DNA of 34,902 bases from positions 1-34,902 of the IMG/VR virus record IMGVR_UViG_3300017742_000046. One strand, written 5' to 3'. A model generated the notes under the pieces. The model ran no database searches and was not told the origin of the DNA. It saw only the letters and a list, made by a program, of their open reading frames with translations. Each line of letters starts with the position of its first letter. Within the stretch, counting starts at the first letter, position 1. Origin of the DNA: a virus. Below are positions 21,563-30,117 of this stretch, piece by piece. A program made the translations under genes and the position numbers.

Positions 21563-22272
21563 TAGAAAATCTCCCCTTGCGGCCTCATTCGCGGTCTAAG
21601 AGACGTTGTTGGAGCAAGTGAACTTTCGCCACCAAACCCACTAAACGGATTTTCGAAAATACCAGCGGAAACGCCGCCAGCATATTGGCCAATGCTGCCC
21701 ATTACGTTGCCAAATGCCTGACCTGACGCCAAAGCTGAACCAGCCGCAGCTGCGCCCTGCTGACCGTATAGGTTCGCAATGTTTTGACCTGTCTGCATAC
21801 CAGCCGTGCCAACGCCAGCAGCAGCATTCTGGCCCATAGTGGTCAAGCCACCAAGCCGTGAATACTGCTGATTGATAAGGCTTGAAAGAACCTGTGGTCG
21901 GAACTGAGCCAAAGCTGCCTGAGTGTTGCCGCCACGAAGACCACCAGTTGCCGATGCGCTTTGCAAAATAGCCTCTTCGCCCTGCTGCGTTAGGGTTTGA
22001 AACTCTTGTCCGCCTTCAATTGCAGCAATGGCTTTGCGCTGCGCTTTTGCACCTGACATGCCGCCAAGAGCCATTTGTTGAATAAGGCTTACATCACCAG
22101 CTTCCACATATGGCGAAAGAAGTTCTTGAACGCGATCAAATTGCCTGCTTTGCTCTTCAACGCCTTTATCAGCTGCCTGCGTTTGTGCGGCAGCGGCGCG
22201 CTTAGACGCTTTGTTCTGAACCACGCCGCCGATAATGGATGATCCAATTACTGCTGTGGCCATCATTGACAT
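21562..22272 (-). CDS. Internal virion / ejection protein (positional analogue of P22 gp7)
   Basis: 236 aa. Hydrophobic N-terminus MSMMATAVIGSSIIGGVV, then Gly/Ala/Gln-rich. GGAGGG RBS 8 nt upstream. Confidence 0.5.
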   Translation of the reverse strand: MSMMATAVIGSSIIGGVVQNKASKRAAAAQTQAADKGVEEQSRQFDRVQELLSPYVEAGDVSLIQQMALGGMSGAKAQRKAIAAIEGGQEFQTLTQQGEEAILQSASATGGLRGGNTQAALAQFRPQVLSSLINQQYSRLGGLTTMGQNAAAGVGTAGMQTGQNIANLYGQQGAAAAGSALASGQAFGNVMGSIGQYAGGVSAGIFENPFSGFGGESSLAPTTSLRPRMRPQGEIF

Positions 22273-22832
22273 GAGACAATCCCTCCAAGGTGTTTGCGAA
22301 CAGCATCGCTTATTGCATCAGCGTTCTTCTTTTCTTCTTGCTTGATCTTCCAAGCATCCGTCTTGTCCACGAACATATCTTCAATTTTTTCTGGATCTGT
22401 TTCGTCAGTAGCCAAAACATTCTGCCAGACAACATCTTCGATTGCGTATCCAAGTTTCCTGCCAGGTTCGCTGACAAAGATATATGGACCTTCAATGACG
22501 CGGACCTCATCGTTGATGACAACTGCGGCTTTGCCTTTAAGCAGAATGTTCATCGTCTGCTCTCTGTGCTTGTGGCTCAGAACCAAAGACCCAGCAGGAA
22601 CAAACAACTCACGGATACATACGCCAGGTCCAAAGTAATGATGGACAGGGCATTCAGCTTGTTCTTGAGACATAAGATATTGCTCGACAAGATCTAAGTC
22701 GATTGGAGCAAACTCTTCATTTCTCTCAATTATGTGCAATGGGCCATCCTTTTCGGACACTGCCTGCTGGCTGGCCATTGTCTCAGCACCTGCATTATCA
22801 CAGAAATCAGTCTCTACGGCAAGATCCTTCAT
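22263..22832 (-). CDS. Cupin-like beta-barrel protein
   Basis: 189 aa. CPVHHYFGPGVCIRELFVPAGSLVLSHKHREQTMNILLKGKAAVVINDE contains a G-x5-H-x-H cupin-type motif. ATGA overlap with the SLT gene. Confidence 0.5.
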   Translation of the reverse strand: MKDLAVETDFCDNAGAETMASQQAVSEKDGPLHIIERNEEFAPIDLDLVEQYLMSQEQAECPVHHYFGPGVCIRELFVPAGSLVLSHKHREQTMNILLKGKAAVVINDEVRVIEGPYIFVSEPGRKLGYAIEDVVWQNVLATDETDPEKIEDMFVDKTDAWKIKQEEKKNADAISDAVRKHLGGIVSCQ

Positions 22833-23368
22833 TTTAACTGAAACCTTTGCGCAATTTCGTATGGATTATACAGATCTGTCGGCTGAACTTGCTCCCTCTG
22901 AGTGGCGAAGAAATCAGCCAAAGCATCTCCTGGCTCGTAACCACGCGCAAACTCCTCTTCCTCTTGTGGGGTAGCCTGTGGGCGTCCCTCAAGAACTCTT
23001 GTGTCAGAGTATCCGCCCATAATTTTGTTTACATAGTTTTGCGTCTCTTCAAACGGAGGAATGCCGCCATATTTGCTGACGTTGCCTGGGCCAGCGTTGT
23101 AAGCGGCCAGTGCCAAAGACGTATCTCCAAACCGATCAATCTGCTGACGCAAGTATCTTGCGCCACCCCGAAGGTTTTGGACAGGATCTTCTGGATCAAC
23201 ACCCAAATCAGCCGCAGTCCCTGGCATAAGTTGTGCCAAGCCATAAGCACCAGCGGAAGAAGTTGCATTTGGATTAAAGGCGCTTTCAGCAGTAACTAAG
23301 CGAATAAACAGATCAGGATCGACACCTTCCTCCAAAGCAATGCGATATGCTGTGTCGCGGTAATACAT
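22829..23368 (-). CDS. Lytic transglycosylase (SLT domain), probably virion-associated
   Basis: 179 aa. AESAFNPNATSSAGAYGLAQLMPGTAADLG...AAYNAGPGNV. Confidence 0.85.
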   Translation of the reverse strand: MYYRDTAYRIALEEGVDPDLFIRLVTAESAFNPNATSSAGAYGLAQLMPGTAADLGVDPEDPVQNLRGGARYLRQQIDRFGDTSLALAAYNAGPGNVSKYGGIPPFEETQNYVNKIMGGYSDTRVLEGRPQATPQEEEEFARGYEPGDALADFFATQREQVQPTDLYNPYEIAQRFQLK

Positions 23369-23739
23369 CAGTCACACTCCTCCCAAGCCTGACAGGAGCG
23401 CAGGTTGTGGCACACGAAGTCAAAGCGCACACAGTAGCCACGACCACCCGCATCTGTGTCATAATCATCAAGCGGGATGCTTTCCATCATGGCCTGCTTC
23501 ATAGGGCCATTCTTGAAATACTCGCAGTTTGCGCAGAGGCGGCGGCGTGCTTCTTTCTCATCACAGCCCAGCGCGCTGCCAAGACCCTTCCAATACTCTT
23601 TGTTGGCTTTAGGGTCGATCGACGGGTTCTCTGGACCTAGACGCCACTCTTCAAGAGCCATCTTGCGGTTCTTCTTGTTCTCAGTTGTCGAGACGATCTT
23701 CATCTTCGGCAGGCCAAACTCAATCATCATATCATCCAT
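23368..23739 (-). CDS. Cys-rich hypothetical protein (possible metal or Fe-S binding)
   Basis: 123 aa with 7 Cys in the C-terminal 65 aa: GC..LCANCEYF...GYCVRFDFVCHNLRSCQAWEEC. Confidence 0.55.
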   Translation of the reverse strand: MDDMMIEFGLPKMKIVSTTENKKNRKMALEEWRLGPENPSIDPKANKEYWKGLGSALGCDEKEARRRLCANCEYFKNGPMKQAMMESIPLDDYDTDAGGRGYCVRFDFVCHNLRSCQAWEECD

Positions 23740-23748
23740 GTCGATCTC

Positions 23749-24087
23749 CTAGATCGTAATCTCACGCCCAGAGGCGCGAATGGTCAGTGTGGTTGCGGCG
23801 CTGGCTGTTGTCGAAATGTAATCCGCATCGACCAAGACTTGACCCACCATTTCTGGGCAGGTGTAGCATTCCCCAACATCTATGTTGCGCGCGTTGACGA
23901 TGCGGTTTGATGCCGATGCCGTGCCAAGGTTCGTCACAACATTGATCGTGATGGTAGCTGGTGCTGCGCCGTTGTTCGTGACTGTGAACTTGTCCACGAT
24001 CGCGTTCACGCCAGTTGCAGTATATTGCACGGTGTTTGTGGCTTCTGCCAGCTTGGGTTCAATCAGAACTGTGGGTGTGATGGTCAT
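23749..24087 (-). CDS. Small beta-rich structural-module protein, paralogue B
   Basis: 112 aa. It resembles the upstream 111-aa protein in length and in several motifs. ATGA overlap. Confidence 0.6.
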   Translation of the reverse strand: MTITPTVLIEPKLAEATNTVQYTATGVNAIVDKFTVTNNGAAPATITINVVTNLGTASASNRIVNARNIDVGECYTCPEMVGQVLVDADYISTTASAATTLTIRASGREITI

Positions 24088-24419
24088 ACTGCTTCTGCCC
24101 CGCTTGCTGTGATTGTGATGCCAGTGCCAGACGCTTCCATTTGGATTGTGTCACCAGCATTCAAGATCTGCGTGCCAGTCCACTGAATGTTTTCTTTGCT
24201 GTCGATCGGGAAGTCATAGAAAACAGCATTGCTAGTTCCTGCTGATCCCGCAGAAGGCACAAAGTAAATTCGATACGTCAAAGCACCCGCAGAGGTGTTC
24301 ACGATGTCCAAGTTTTTCACAAAGGCACGCGTTGAAGCTGGCACCGTGTAAAGCGTAGTGACGCTTGCAGTGATAGCCGCTTGCCCAATTTTGACTGGCG
24401 TGATGTCGTTATATGCCAT
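24084..24419 (-). CDS. Small beta-rich structural-module protein, paralogue A
   Basis: 111 aa. LYTVPASTRAFVKNLDIVNTS...ILNAGDTIQMEASGTGITITASGAE compares with QYTATGVNAIVDKFTVTNNG...VLVDADYISTTASAATTLTIRASGRE in the next gene. Confidence 0.6.
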   Translation of the reverse strand: MAYNDITPVKIGQAAITASVTTLYTVPASTRAFVKNLDIVNTSAGALTYRIYFVPSAGSAGTSNAVFYDFPIDSKENIQWTGTQILNAGDTIQMEASGTGITITASGAEAV

Positions 24420-25319
24420 TTAGTAAGCCTCCAACCAAACAAGCGTCCGTGCTGTTGCGTTACTCGCAGCGCTGGGCGCAGTGTTCTGCCACCGACTGTT
24501 TGCGGTGCTGTATGTTAAAATATCTCCGTCAGAAGGCGAAGGTGCTTGAACGTCATGCAATTCATCAACAGTTTCACCTGTCTTCATACGCACAAAGATT
24601 TCGCCAGAACCACCAGTCGCCGCGTTCAGAACCACCGCAACAGGAAGATCAAGGTTCGGCGCAGTAGGTCGAACATTTGTCCATGAACCAGCCGAAGATG
24701 GGCTGAAATAGATGATGTCGCCATCGTTCCACGTTTCGCCATATGGCGTGCCGCTAGTATTAAACCCACGCACCTTGCCAAAGCTGGTGATGTAGCCAAA
24801 ACCGTTGTTCGGGATGTCTTCGGTTGCCACGCCCATCATATAGATCGCGGGGGAGGAACCGTCAGCCACGGCCTCTGCAAAGGTCAGCTTACCAGAAGCG
24901 CCAAGCGTGCCTGTGAACATGACTGGCGTGCCATTGTCGATCTGACCGCCAGATGTGTTCTTAGCGTAATACTGAGTTTCCTGACCGACTTGCAGCATAA
25001 CGTCAGCGTTCATGCCAACGTCAATCGTCCCGTCATCTTCGTTCCACTGCATACGCCGCGCCGCGGCAACGTGCGGACCAACACGGTTGAAGTCGATATA
25101 ATCAGTCTTCAGGAAGTTTGCCTGATAGCTTTCAGCTTTGTTCTGCGCCACCCCTGCATCATATGCAGCAGCTTCAATCAGAAGTGTCAGCGCCGCGATG
25201 TCCGCAGGAACAAGATCACCCGCAACGATAAATAGGCGTTCAAGCGCCTTGACCATCTCAGGGTCATTACCAACAATTTTTGCGATTTGATTTCGTGTGG
25301 GGACATTTGGATCAGCCAT
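24420..25319 (-). CDS. Putative tail needle/plug-position protein (positional analogue of P22 gp26 / Sf6 needle with knob)
   Basis: 299 aa. Helical N-terminus and beta-rich C-terminus. It lies directly downstream of the gp10-like gene (TAATG overlap). The assignment is positional only. Confidence 0.35.
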   Translation of the reverse strand: MADPNVPTRNQIAKIVGNDPEMVKALERLFIVAGDLVPADIAALTLLIEAAAYDAGVAQNKAESYQANFLKTDYIDFNRVGPHVAAARRMQWNEDDGTIDVGMNADVMLQVGQETQYYAKNTSGGQIDNGTPVMFTGTLGASGKLTFAEAVADGSSPAIYMMGVATEDIPNNGFGYITSFGKVRGFNTSGTPYGETWNDGDIIYFSPSSAGSWTNVRPTAPNLDLPVAVVLNAATGGSGEIFVRMKTGETVDELHDVQAPSPSDGDILTYSTANSRWQNTAPSAASNATARTLVWLEAY

Positions 25320-26719
25320 TAGAACGCCAGCGGCTCAACCCGCGCCTCCAGTGCTGCGACAGCCACATGAGCGTCCGAGGTGCCACGGAAGCGCTGCATA
25401 CGCATGTTCCGCATGTGACCCTGCTGCAACCACATCAGCCGCTTGTTGCGCTCCCCTGTCTTGCCTGCACGGATCGGCTTTTCAGCGCTCCATGTGTCGC
25501 CATCAACAGAATACTGCGTCCAGATGGTCGGATCGACGCCAAAAGCTGTAGATCCAGTAAGGCAGACAAGTTCGATGTCATGGAAAATTGCACCCTGACC
25601 ATTGTTGTAAACAATTAGCGTGCCAAACTCCCAGCCGATCGTCTCACCCCAGTGCGTAGAAATGGTGTCATCCAGATAACCAAACTGATTGGTTGTCGGG
25701 TGGCAGACGTTCCAGCGGTCATAAGCCCAGATGCAAGTGCAGGCGTTCCACATGCCATCACCAACCAGCGTCGAAGAAAGCGTGAACCAAACCGCTTGGC
25801 TTGTTGCCTGTGACCCAGCACCATCAAACACAAGCGTGTGACGTGGCAGGTGAACGATCAAGAACGTGTGGGCCTTATCAACGCGCTCTTCCAAGAACGC
25901 AGTTGCAAGTTCAGCTTCAGTGTATTGCGTTAAGATTTCTTCAATCTCGCGGGTTGCAATCTTCGTCGCATTGCCATTTGCGCCCATATAGACTGAAGGC
26001 GCTTCGTTGCGGCCACCACCCAAGAACGCAATGTTGTCCATGAACACACAGCAAGCGTGCGTCCCGACAACACCCTTCTGGATCTGAGCGCCTGCAATGC
26101 GCTGAAACGGAAAGCCTGTGCTGCCTACGTTGTCAAAGACCTCAATCGTGTGACGGTTCAGGGCATAGACCTCATTGCGCAGCTTGAGCAAAGCCTTCAC
26201 GGGATCTGGATCAGCTTCAGACGAACCATACTTCAACGGGTTCACCGCAAACGGATCATCAAGATCAGTAACAACTAAGAACTCGCCATCTGTGGTCATG
26301 TAGTAACCATCAACCCAAACAACGTCCAAGACAGTGCCAAGATCGGTGTCAGTGACTTGCGTCAGCGTGGTGCCATCATACAGAAACAGATTGTTGTTTG
26401 ACGCGATTGCCAGATATGTGAAGCCATAGTCAAACGTCACCCGATCCGTTCCGCCAACATCACCAATCTCAGTAACGGTGTTGTCAGACGCGATCGAAAC
26501 CAGCTTGGTTCCCATCACACGGTAAATGTAGCCGTTCCAGTATATGCCGCCACGGTTGACGCCTGGGCCTGTGCCAGCTTCCACAATCCCCTCGCTAGGT
26601 CGCAGATAACCCTCAGAAATCCCCGTGCCTTTCGGAACAGGGATCATGTTCTTTGGGTAGGATGTCCGAAAGTTCGGAGACCCGTCTGCAAATATACCGC
26701 TGAGAATGGGAAGCTGCAT
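25319..26719 (-). CDS. P22 gp10-like tail hub / packaged-DNA stabilization protein
   Basis: 466 aa. FLIVHLPRHTLVFD compares with P22 gp10 LLIIHLPRHVLVYD. The N-terminus MQLPILSGIFADG...YLRPSEGI is similar too (from memory). Size and synteny match. Confidence 0.8.
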   Translation of the reverse strand: MQLPILSGIFADGSPNFRTSYPKNMIPVPKGTGISEGYLRPSEGIVEAGTGPGVNRGGIYWNGYIYRVMGTKLVSIASDNTVTEIGDVGGTDRVTFDYGFTYLAIASNNNLFLYDGTTLTQVTDTDLGTVLDVVWVDGYYMTTDGEFLVVTDLDDPFAVNPLKYGSSEADPDPVKALLKLRNEVYALNRHTIEVFDNVGSTGFPFQRIAGAQIQKGVVGTHACCVFMDNIAFLGGGRNEAPSVYMGANGNATKIATREIEEILTQYTEAELATAFLEERVDKAHTFLIVHLPRHTLVFDGAGSQATSQAVWFTLSSTLVGDGMWNACTCIWAYDRWNVCHPTTNQFGYLDDTISTHWGETIGWEFGTLIVYNNGQGAIFHDIELVCLTGSTAFGVDPTIWTQYSVDGDTWSAEKPIRAGKTGERNKRLMWLQQGHMRNMRMQRFRGTSDAHVAVAALEARVEPLAF

Positions 26720-26723
26720 TAAA

Positions 26724-27161
26724 TTATCCTACACGATACCAAGACGAAGTTGCACCATCATAGCGCATTGTGAAGAAATCGTTAGCAGCAAGCGTTGTCG
26801 GCGCACCCACAACAGTGGCTCCAGAAGACACCGTGAGGGACGTGACGATCTGCGTGCAGTTCACGGTCACTGTGTCCTTGTCAGACGCACCAGTGGGCAG
26901 CACAACGGCTCCAGCAGCGTATGTGCTAACAGGTGTCAGGATCAGCCAGACGTTGCCTGTGTTGACCGTGACGCTAAAGCCAGTGGCCGCAGGTGCCGCA
27001 TACTGAGTGTTCTGCGTGACTGTTGTGACGTTTGCGTTCACATAGTCCATCAGGGTGGTGACGGATGCCTTGCGGCTGTCGCCATTGTTTGTGGCCCACA
27101 CAGCAAGCTGATCGCCGCCTTGAAGTGAACTCACAGAGGAAAGTTGGTTAATGTTTGACAT
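26724..27161 (-). CDS. Hypothetical virion-module protein
   Basis: 145 aa, Thr/Val-rich and beta-like. It lies between the gp4-like and gp10-like genes. Confidence 0.55.
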   Translation of the reverse strand: MSNINQLSSVSSLQGGDQLAVWATNNGDSRKASVTTLMDYVNANVTTVTQNTQYAAPAATGFSVTVNTGNVWLILTPVSTYAAGAVVLPTGASDKDTVTVNCTQIVTSLTVSSGATVVGAPTTLAANDFFTMRYDGATSSWYRVG

Positions 27162-27164
27162 GTT

Positions 27165-27650
27165 TTACTCCAGATCAAGGATGCTGTCAGACCCGACAGT
27201 CAGTGGGTCTTGCGGTGCGCGAAGGAATGGGTCGTTGTAGTAACGATAGCCCTTGTTCCCAGCGCCAGCAGGGATTGTCGTGTTTCCAAGCTGCATCTCA
27301 ATTGGAAGCGCAGAGTTGGCAACCACTTCATTGTATGCACGCTTGGCAGATGCTTTCGTCTCAGGGCTGACAGTCTTGCCAAAGCCTCCAGAGATACGAA
27401 CAGACAGGTTGAGATACATGGCTTCGATCGCGCTGTCAGGCACACCGATTTCTTGATCTAGGTCGCTGTCAGCAGGCGAAGAAGGCAACGGATACCCAAG
27501 GCGAATACCTTTGGCGTTCCACGTTGCCATCATGTTATCTAAGCGCCGCAATGCGCTCTCAAGCTGCTGCGGCTGCAAATCAAAGACATACGAAGCAAGA
27601 CCGATTTCTTCGAATGCCTGTTCGACAATATCACGCTTCGTATATGCCAT
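27165..27650 (-). CDS. P22 gp4-like tail accessory factor (head-to-tail adaptor)
   Basis: 161 aa. KRDIVEQAFEEIGLAS...LESALRRLDNMMATWNAKGIRLGY parallels P22 gp4 KGDLVRAALRKLGVAS...DDLEAMMAEWYQDG (from memory). Synteny after coat matches. Confidence 0.7.
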   Translation of the reverse strand: MAYTKRDIVEQAFEEIGLASYVFDLQPQQLESALRRLDNMMATWNAKGIRLGYPLPSSPADSDLDQEIGVPDSAIEAMYLNLSVRISGGFGKTVSPETKASAKRAYNEVVANSALPIEMQLGNTTIPAGAGNKGYRYYNDPFLRAPQDPLTVGSDSILDLE

Positions 27651-27653
27651 GTG

Positions 27654-27842
27654 TTATTCCTTAGCTTTGCGCTTTGCCGCAGGTTTCTTTGCGGGCTTCT
27701 TGGGTGCCTTGGCTTCGTCCGTTGACTTGGCCCAGCCCTCTTTCACCTTTGCAGCAACGTCACCTTCTTCAACAACGATGTAGTCAAAGCTGTCACCGTG
27801 GATCTGGTGCTTGCCTGGGTGTTTATAAAGCATAACGCTCAT
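27654..27842 (-). CDS. Small hypothetical protein with a Lys/Pro/Ala-rich tail
   Basis: 62 aa. An AGGAGG RBS precedes ATG 27842. Located directly after the coat gene and its hairpin. Confidence 0.6.
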   Translation of the reverse strand: MSVMLYKHPGKHQIHGDSFDYIVVEEGDVAAKVKEGWAKSTDEAKAPKKPAKKPAAKRKAKE

Positions 27843-27863
27843 GTGAGCCTCCTATAAAGAGTA

Positions 27864-27885
27864 GGGTGGGACCGAAGCCCCACCC
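27864..27885 (-). terminator. Very stable UUCG-tetraloop hairpin immediately after the coat gene (attenuator or mRNA stabiliser)
   Basis: The minus-strand RNA reads GGGUGGGGC-UUCG-GUCCCACCC (9 bp including one G-U), starting 8 nt after the TAA stop. It is followed by UACUCUUUAU. Confidence 0.55.
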
Positions 27886-27893
27886 AAAGATCA

Positions 27894-29162
27894 TTAAGTC
27901 TGCGAGAACAGCATGATGCCAGCCATTTCAGGCTGAAGCAGCGCCACACCAAACAGTGTATCCCAACGATACTTTGTTTTCTGTGTGTTGATGTCGAACT
28001 GTTTCTGCATGACCAACTCAACACCCTGATCGGTTGTTGCGCGCATGATGTCTGCACCAGCATCCGTTGGAACTGCGAGCGAAGCTGGAAGCAGTTCGAT
28101 CGCATCACGGTGCCAGAAGCAGTTCACAGCAGCGTCAGCAGTGTTCAGGAATGTGATCGCCGCGCCATCAGCAGGCGTTGCAGTCACGTTCTGATACTGT
28201 GCTTCTGCATCAGTCGAGCCACCGTTAGAAACGATCGCAGGGCTGATTGTGATTGTGCCAGAACCACCAGAACCAGATACGATGCCTGTGACGCGGAACG
28301 TCTTCAGCTGACCTGTGTCTTGCTTGGTGATGTGGTGAACAGCGTTTACGCCAGCGATGGTGAACGCGTCACCAACTTTGACTGTGCCACCACCAACAGC
28401 AACGACCAGAGACTGTGTGCGGTTGTCTACGTTAGAAACCTCACCAGTCGCAGCAGTCGATGTTGCAGCAGGTGTGTGATACTGGTTTGCACCATTGACA
28501 GTCACAGTTGTGCCAGCAGCCGCTGTGAGGCGGTTTGCATAGTCCATCTTGAATGTCTGGAAACCAGCCACTTCACCAACATATGAACGACGATATGCTT
28601 CAGTTGGCATTTCGTTCATTGTCTGACGTGCAGCCAAGTCACCCGCCATGCCGTTATAGTCACGGCTGGAAAGTGCGAAGTTACGACCGTCCATCATGAC
28701 GCCTTGCTCGTTCATCAGAGCATCAGCTTCTGCGATGTCGGAATAACCGCCAGCAGCAGTGGTGCGCTTAGAAACGATTGTGCCCTGGTTGGACGCAACA
28801 GTCAGTGTCGCCACGTTGATGTCAGACGCCAACTTCTGTGCAGCAGAGGAACCAAGACGGTTCTCTTGCAGCTGGTCACGCAGTTCTTTGGCAGTCAAAA
28901 GCGCTGTGCTGTGCTTCTGGTAGCCAATAGTTGCGGGAACAGACAACTGAGTGTTGTCACCGAAGTTAGATGTTGCATCTGAACCATCGTAAGATTGCGC
29001 AATGTAAGGCATTGGACGCGAGATGGTGTCAGACGAACGCTCCATTTCAGCGCCGTTCGTGTTGTATTTGCTGACCAAAGACGAAAGCACAAGTGCATCG
29101 TTAAAGCCTGCAAGGATGTCTTCAAACGCTACGCGTTCTTCTTTTGAAAATGAGTTAGCCAT
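27894..29162 (-). CDS. P22-like major capsid (coat) protein
   Basis: 422 aa. MERSSDTISRPMPY, FWHRDAIELL and a C-terminal ..LLQPEMAGIMLFSQT parallel P22 gp5 MQRSSNTIWMPVEQ, FWADDAIRIV and ..RPEAIGVGLPGQTA (from memory). Confidence 0.9.
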   Translation of the reverse strand: MANSFSKEERVAFEDILAGFNDALVLSSLVSKYNTNGAEMERSSDTISRPMPYIAQSYDGSDATSNFGDNTQLSVPATIGYQKHSTALLTAKELRDQLQENRLGSSAAQKLASDINVATLTVASNQGTIVSKRTTAAGGYSDIAEADALMNEQGVMMDGRNFALSSRDYNGMAGDLAARQTMNEMPTEAYRRSYVGEVAGFQTFKMDYANRLTAAAGTTVTVNGANQYHTPAATSTAATGEVSNVDNRTQSLVVAVGGGTVKVGDAFTIAGVNAVHHITKQDTGQLKTFRVTGIVSGSGGSGTITISPAIVSNGGSTDAEAQYQNVTATPADGAAITFLNTADAAVNCFWHRDAIELLPASLAVPTDAGADIMRATTDQGVELVMQKQFDINTQKTKYRWDTLFGVALLQPEMAGIMLFSQT

Positions 29163-29179
29163 TTTCTACTCCATTAAGT

Positions 29180-30103
29180 TTAAGCTGATCGCTTCTGCCT
29201 CTTATACTGGAAAACCTTAGAATAGTCTCCAGTTCTTTCGGCTTCGGCTCTCAGACGTTCAAGGGTGTTGTCTACCGATCCAGAAGGGCGACCTGTGCCG
29301 CTGATCTTCTTTTCTGGCTTCGCTGACGCCTTGCGTTTTGTGACTTTCAAATTGGTCTCCAATTTTGCCACCGCAAAGGCGAACTTCACGGGATCTACAA
29401 TTGAGGAAAGTTCCTTCGCTTTTTTCGGGTTCTTGCCCAAAGCATAAACGACAAGAGCGGGATTATCCGCACCCTGAACAATCATGCCCTGCTGCATCAC
29501 GCTAAGAGTGTCCTGCACCACATCCTCTGCTGTCTCATAGTCTCTGACTTTAAGATCAGCTTTGGAAGAGTGATAACTCTCCAACTTGCCTTCCCATTCC
29601 TTCTGCACAGATTGCTGTTCAGCCTGAATGTTGGCCTGCTGTTCGTCATGCTGTCGCTTCTTTTCATACCACGACGCAAGTTCCGTCTCATATCGTTCGG
29701 TGTCGTAATCCGCGCTTTCGAGCGTTGGCTTTTCACCTAAAGGCTGACGAACAGGCGCTTGCCCACTCTCCAACTTTTCAAGTTTCTGCTCCAACTCCTT
29801 GGCGCGTTTCTTTTCCTCACGATACTGTTTGCGAAGATCGCGGACCCATTCAGGCGCGCGGGCTTCTTCCTCATCTTCGGGGTCAGGCGCTTCCCCATCA
29901 ATAGTGACAACAACATCAGCTTCGTCTTCAGCTTCAGCCTCAGAAGGTTCGTCCTCTTCAACTTCGCCATCAAGTTCAGCCTCTTCAGCTTCTACTTCTG
30001 GCTCATCTTCAAGTTCGAGTTCTGGCTCCTCCGCTTCAGTTTCCTGAAAGTCAAAGTCATCGTCTATTTCTGCCTTTTCAATCTGCATTAGATCCTCGTT
30101 CAA
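29180..30103 (-). CDS. Scaffolding protein (putative)
   Basis: 307 aa, between portal and coat as in P22 gp8 (303 aa). Extremely acidic N-terminal 90 aa, coiled-coil centre and basic C-terminal helix-rich end. Confidence 0.65.
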   Translation of the reverse strand: MNEDLMQIEKAEIDDDFDFQETEAEEPELELEDEPEVEAEEAELDGEVEEDEPSEAEAEDEADVVVTIDGEAPDPEDEEEARAPEWVRDLRKQYREEKKRAKELEQKLEKLESGQAPVRQPLGEKPTLESADYDTERYETELASWYEKKRQHDEQQANIQAEQQSVQKEWEGKLESYHSSKADLKVRDYETAEDVVQDTLSVMQQGMIVQGADNPALVVYALGKNPKKAKELSSIVDPVKFAFAVAKLETNLKVTKRKASAKPEKKISGTGRPSGSVDNTLERLRAEAERTGDYSKVFQYKRQKRSA

Positions 30104-30117
30104 TTCTCACCCATCTT

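Noticed and set aside
29799-30047. Plus-strand Ser-rich 82-aa ORF and neighbouring Phe/Leu-rich ORF 29759..30091
   Set aside because: These are antisense shadows of the GAA/GAG-rich acidic N-terminus of the scaffolding gene.
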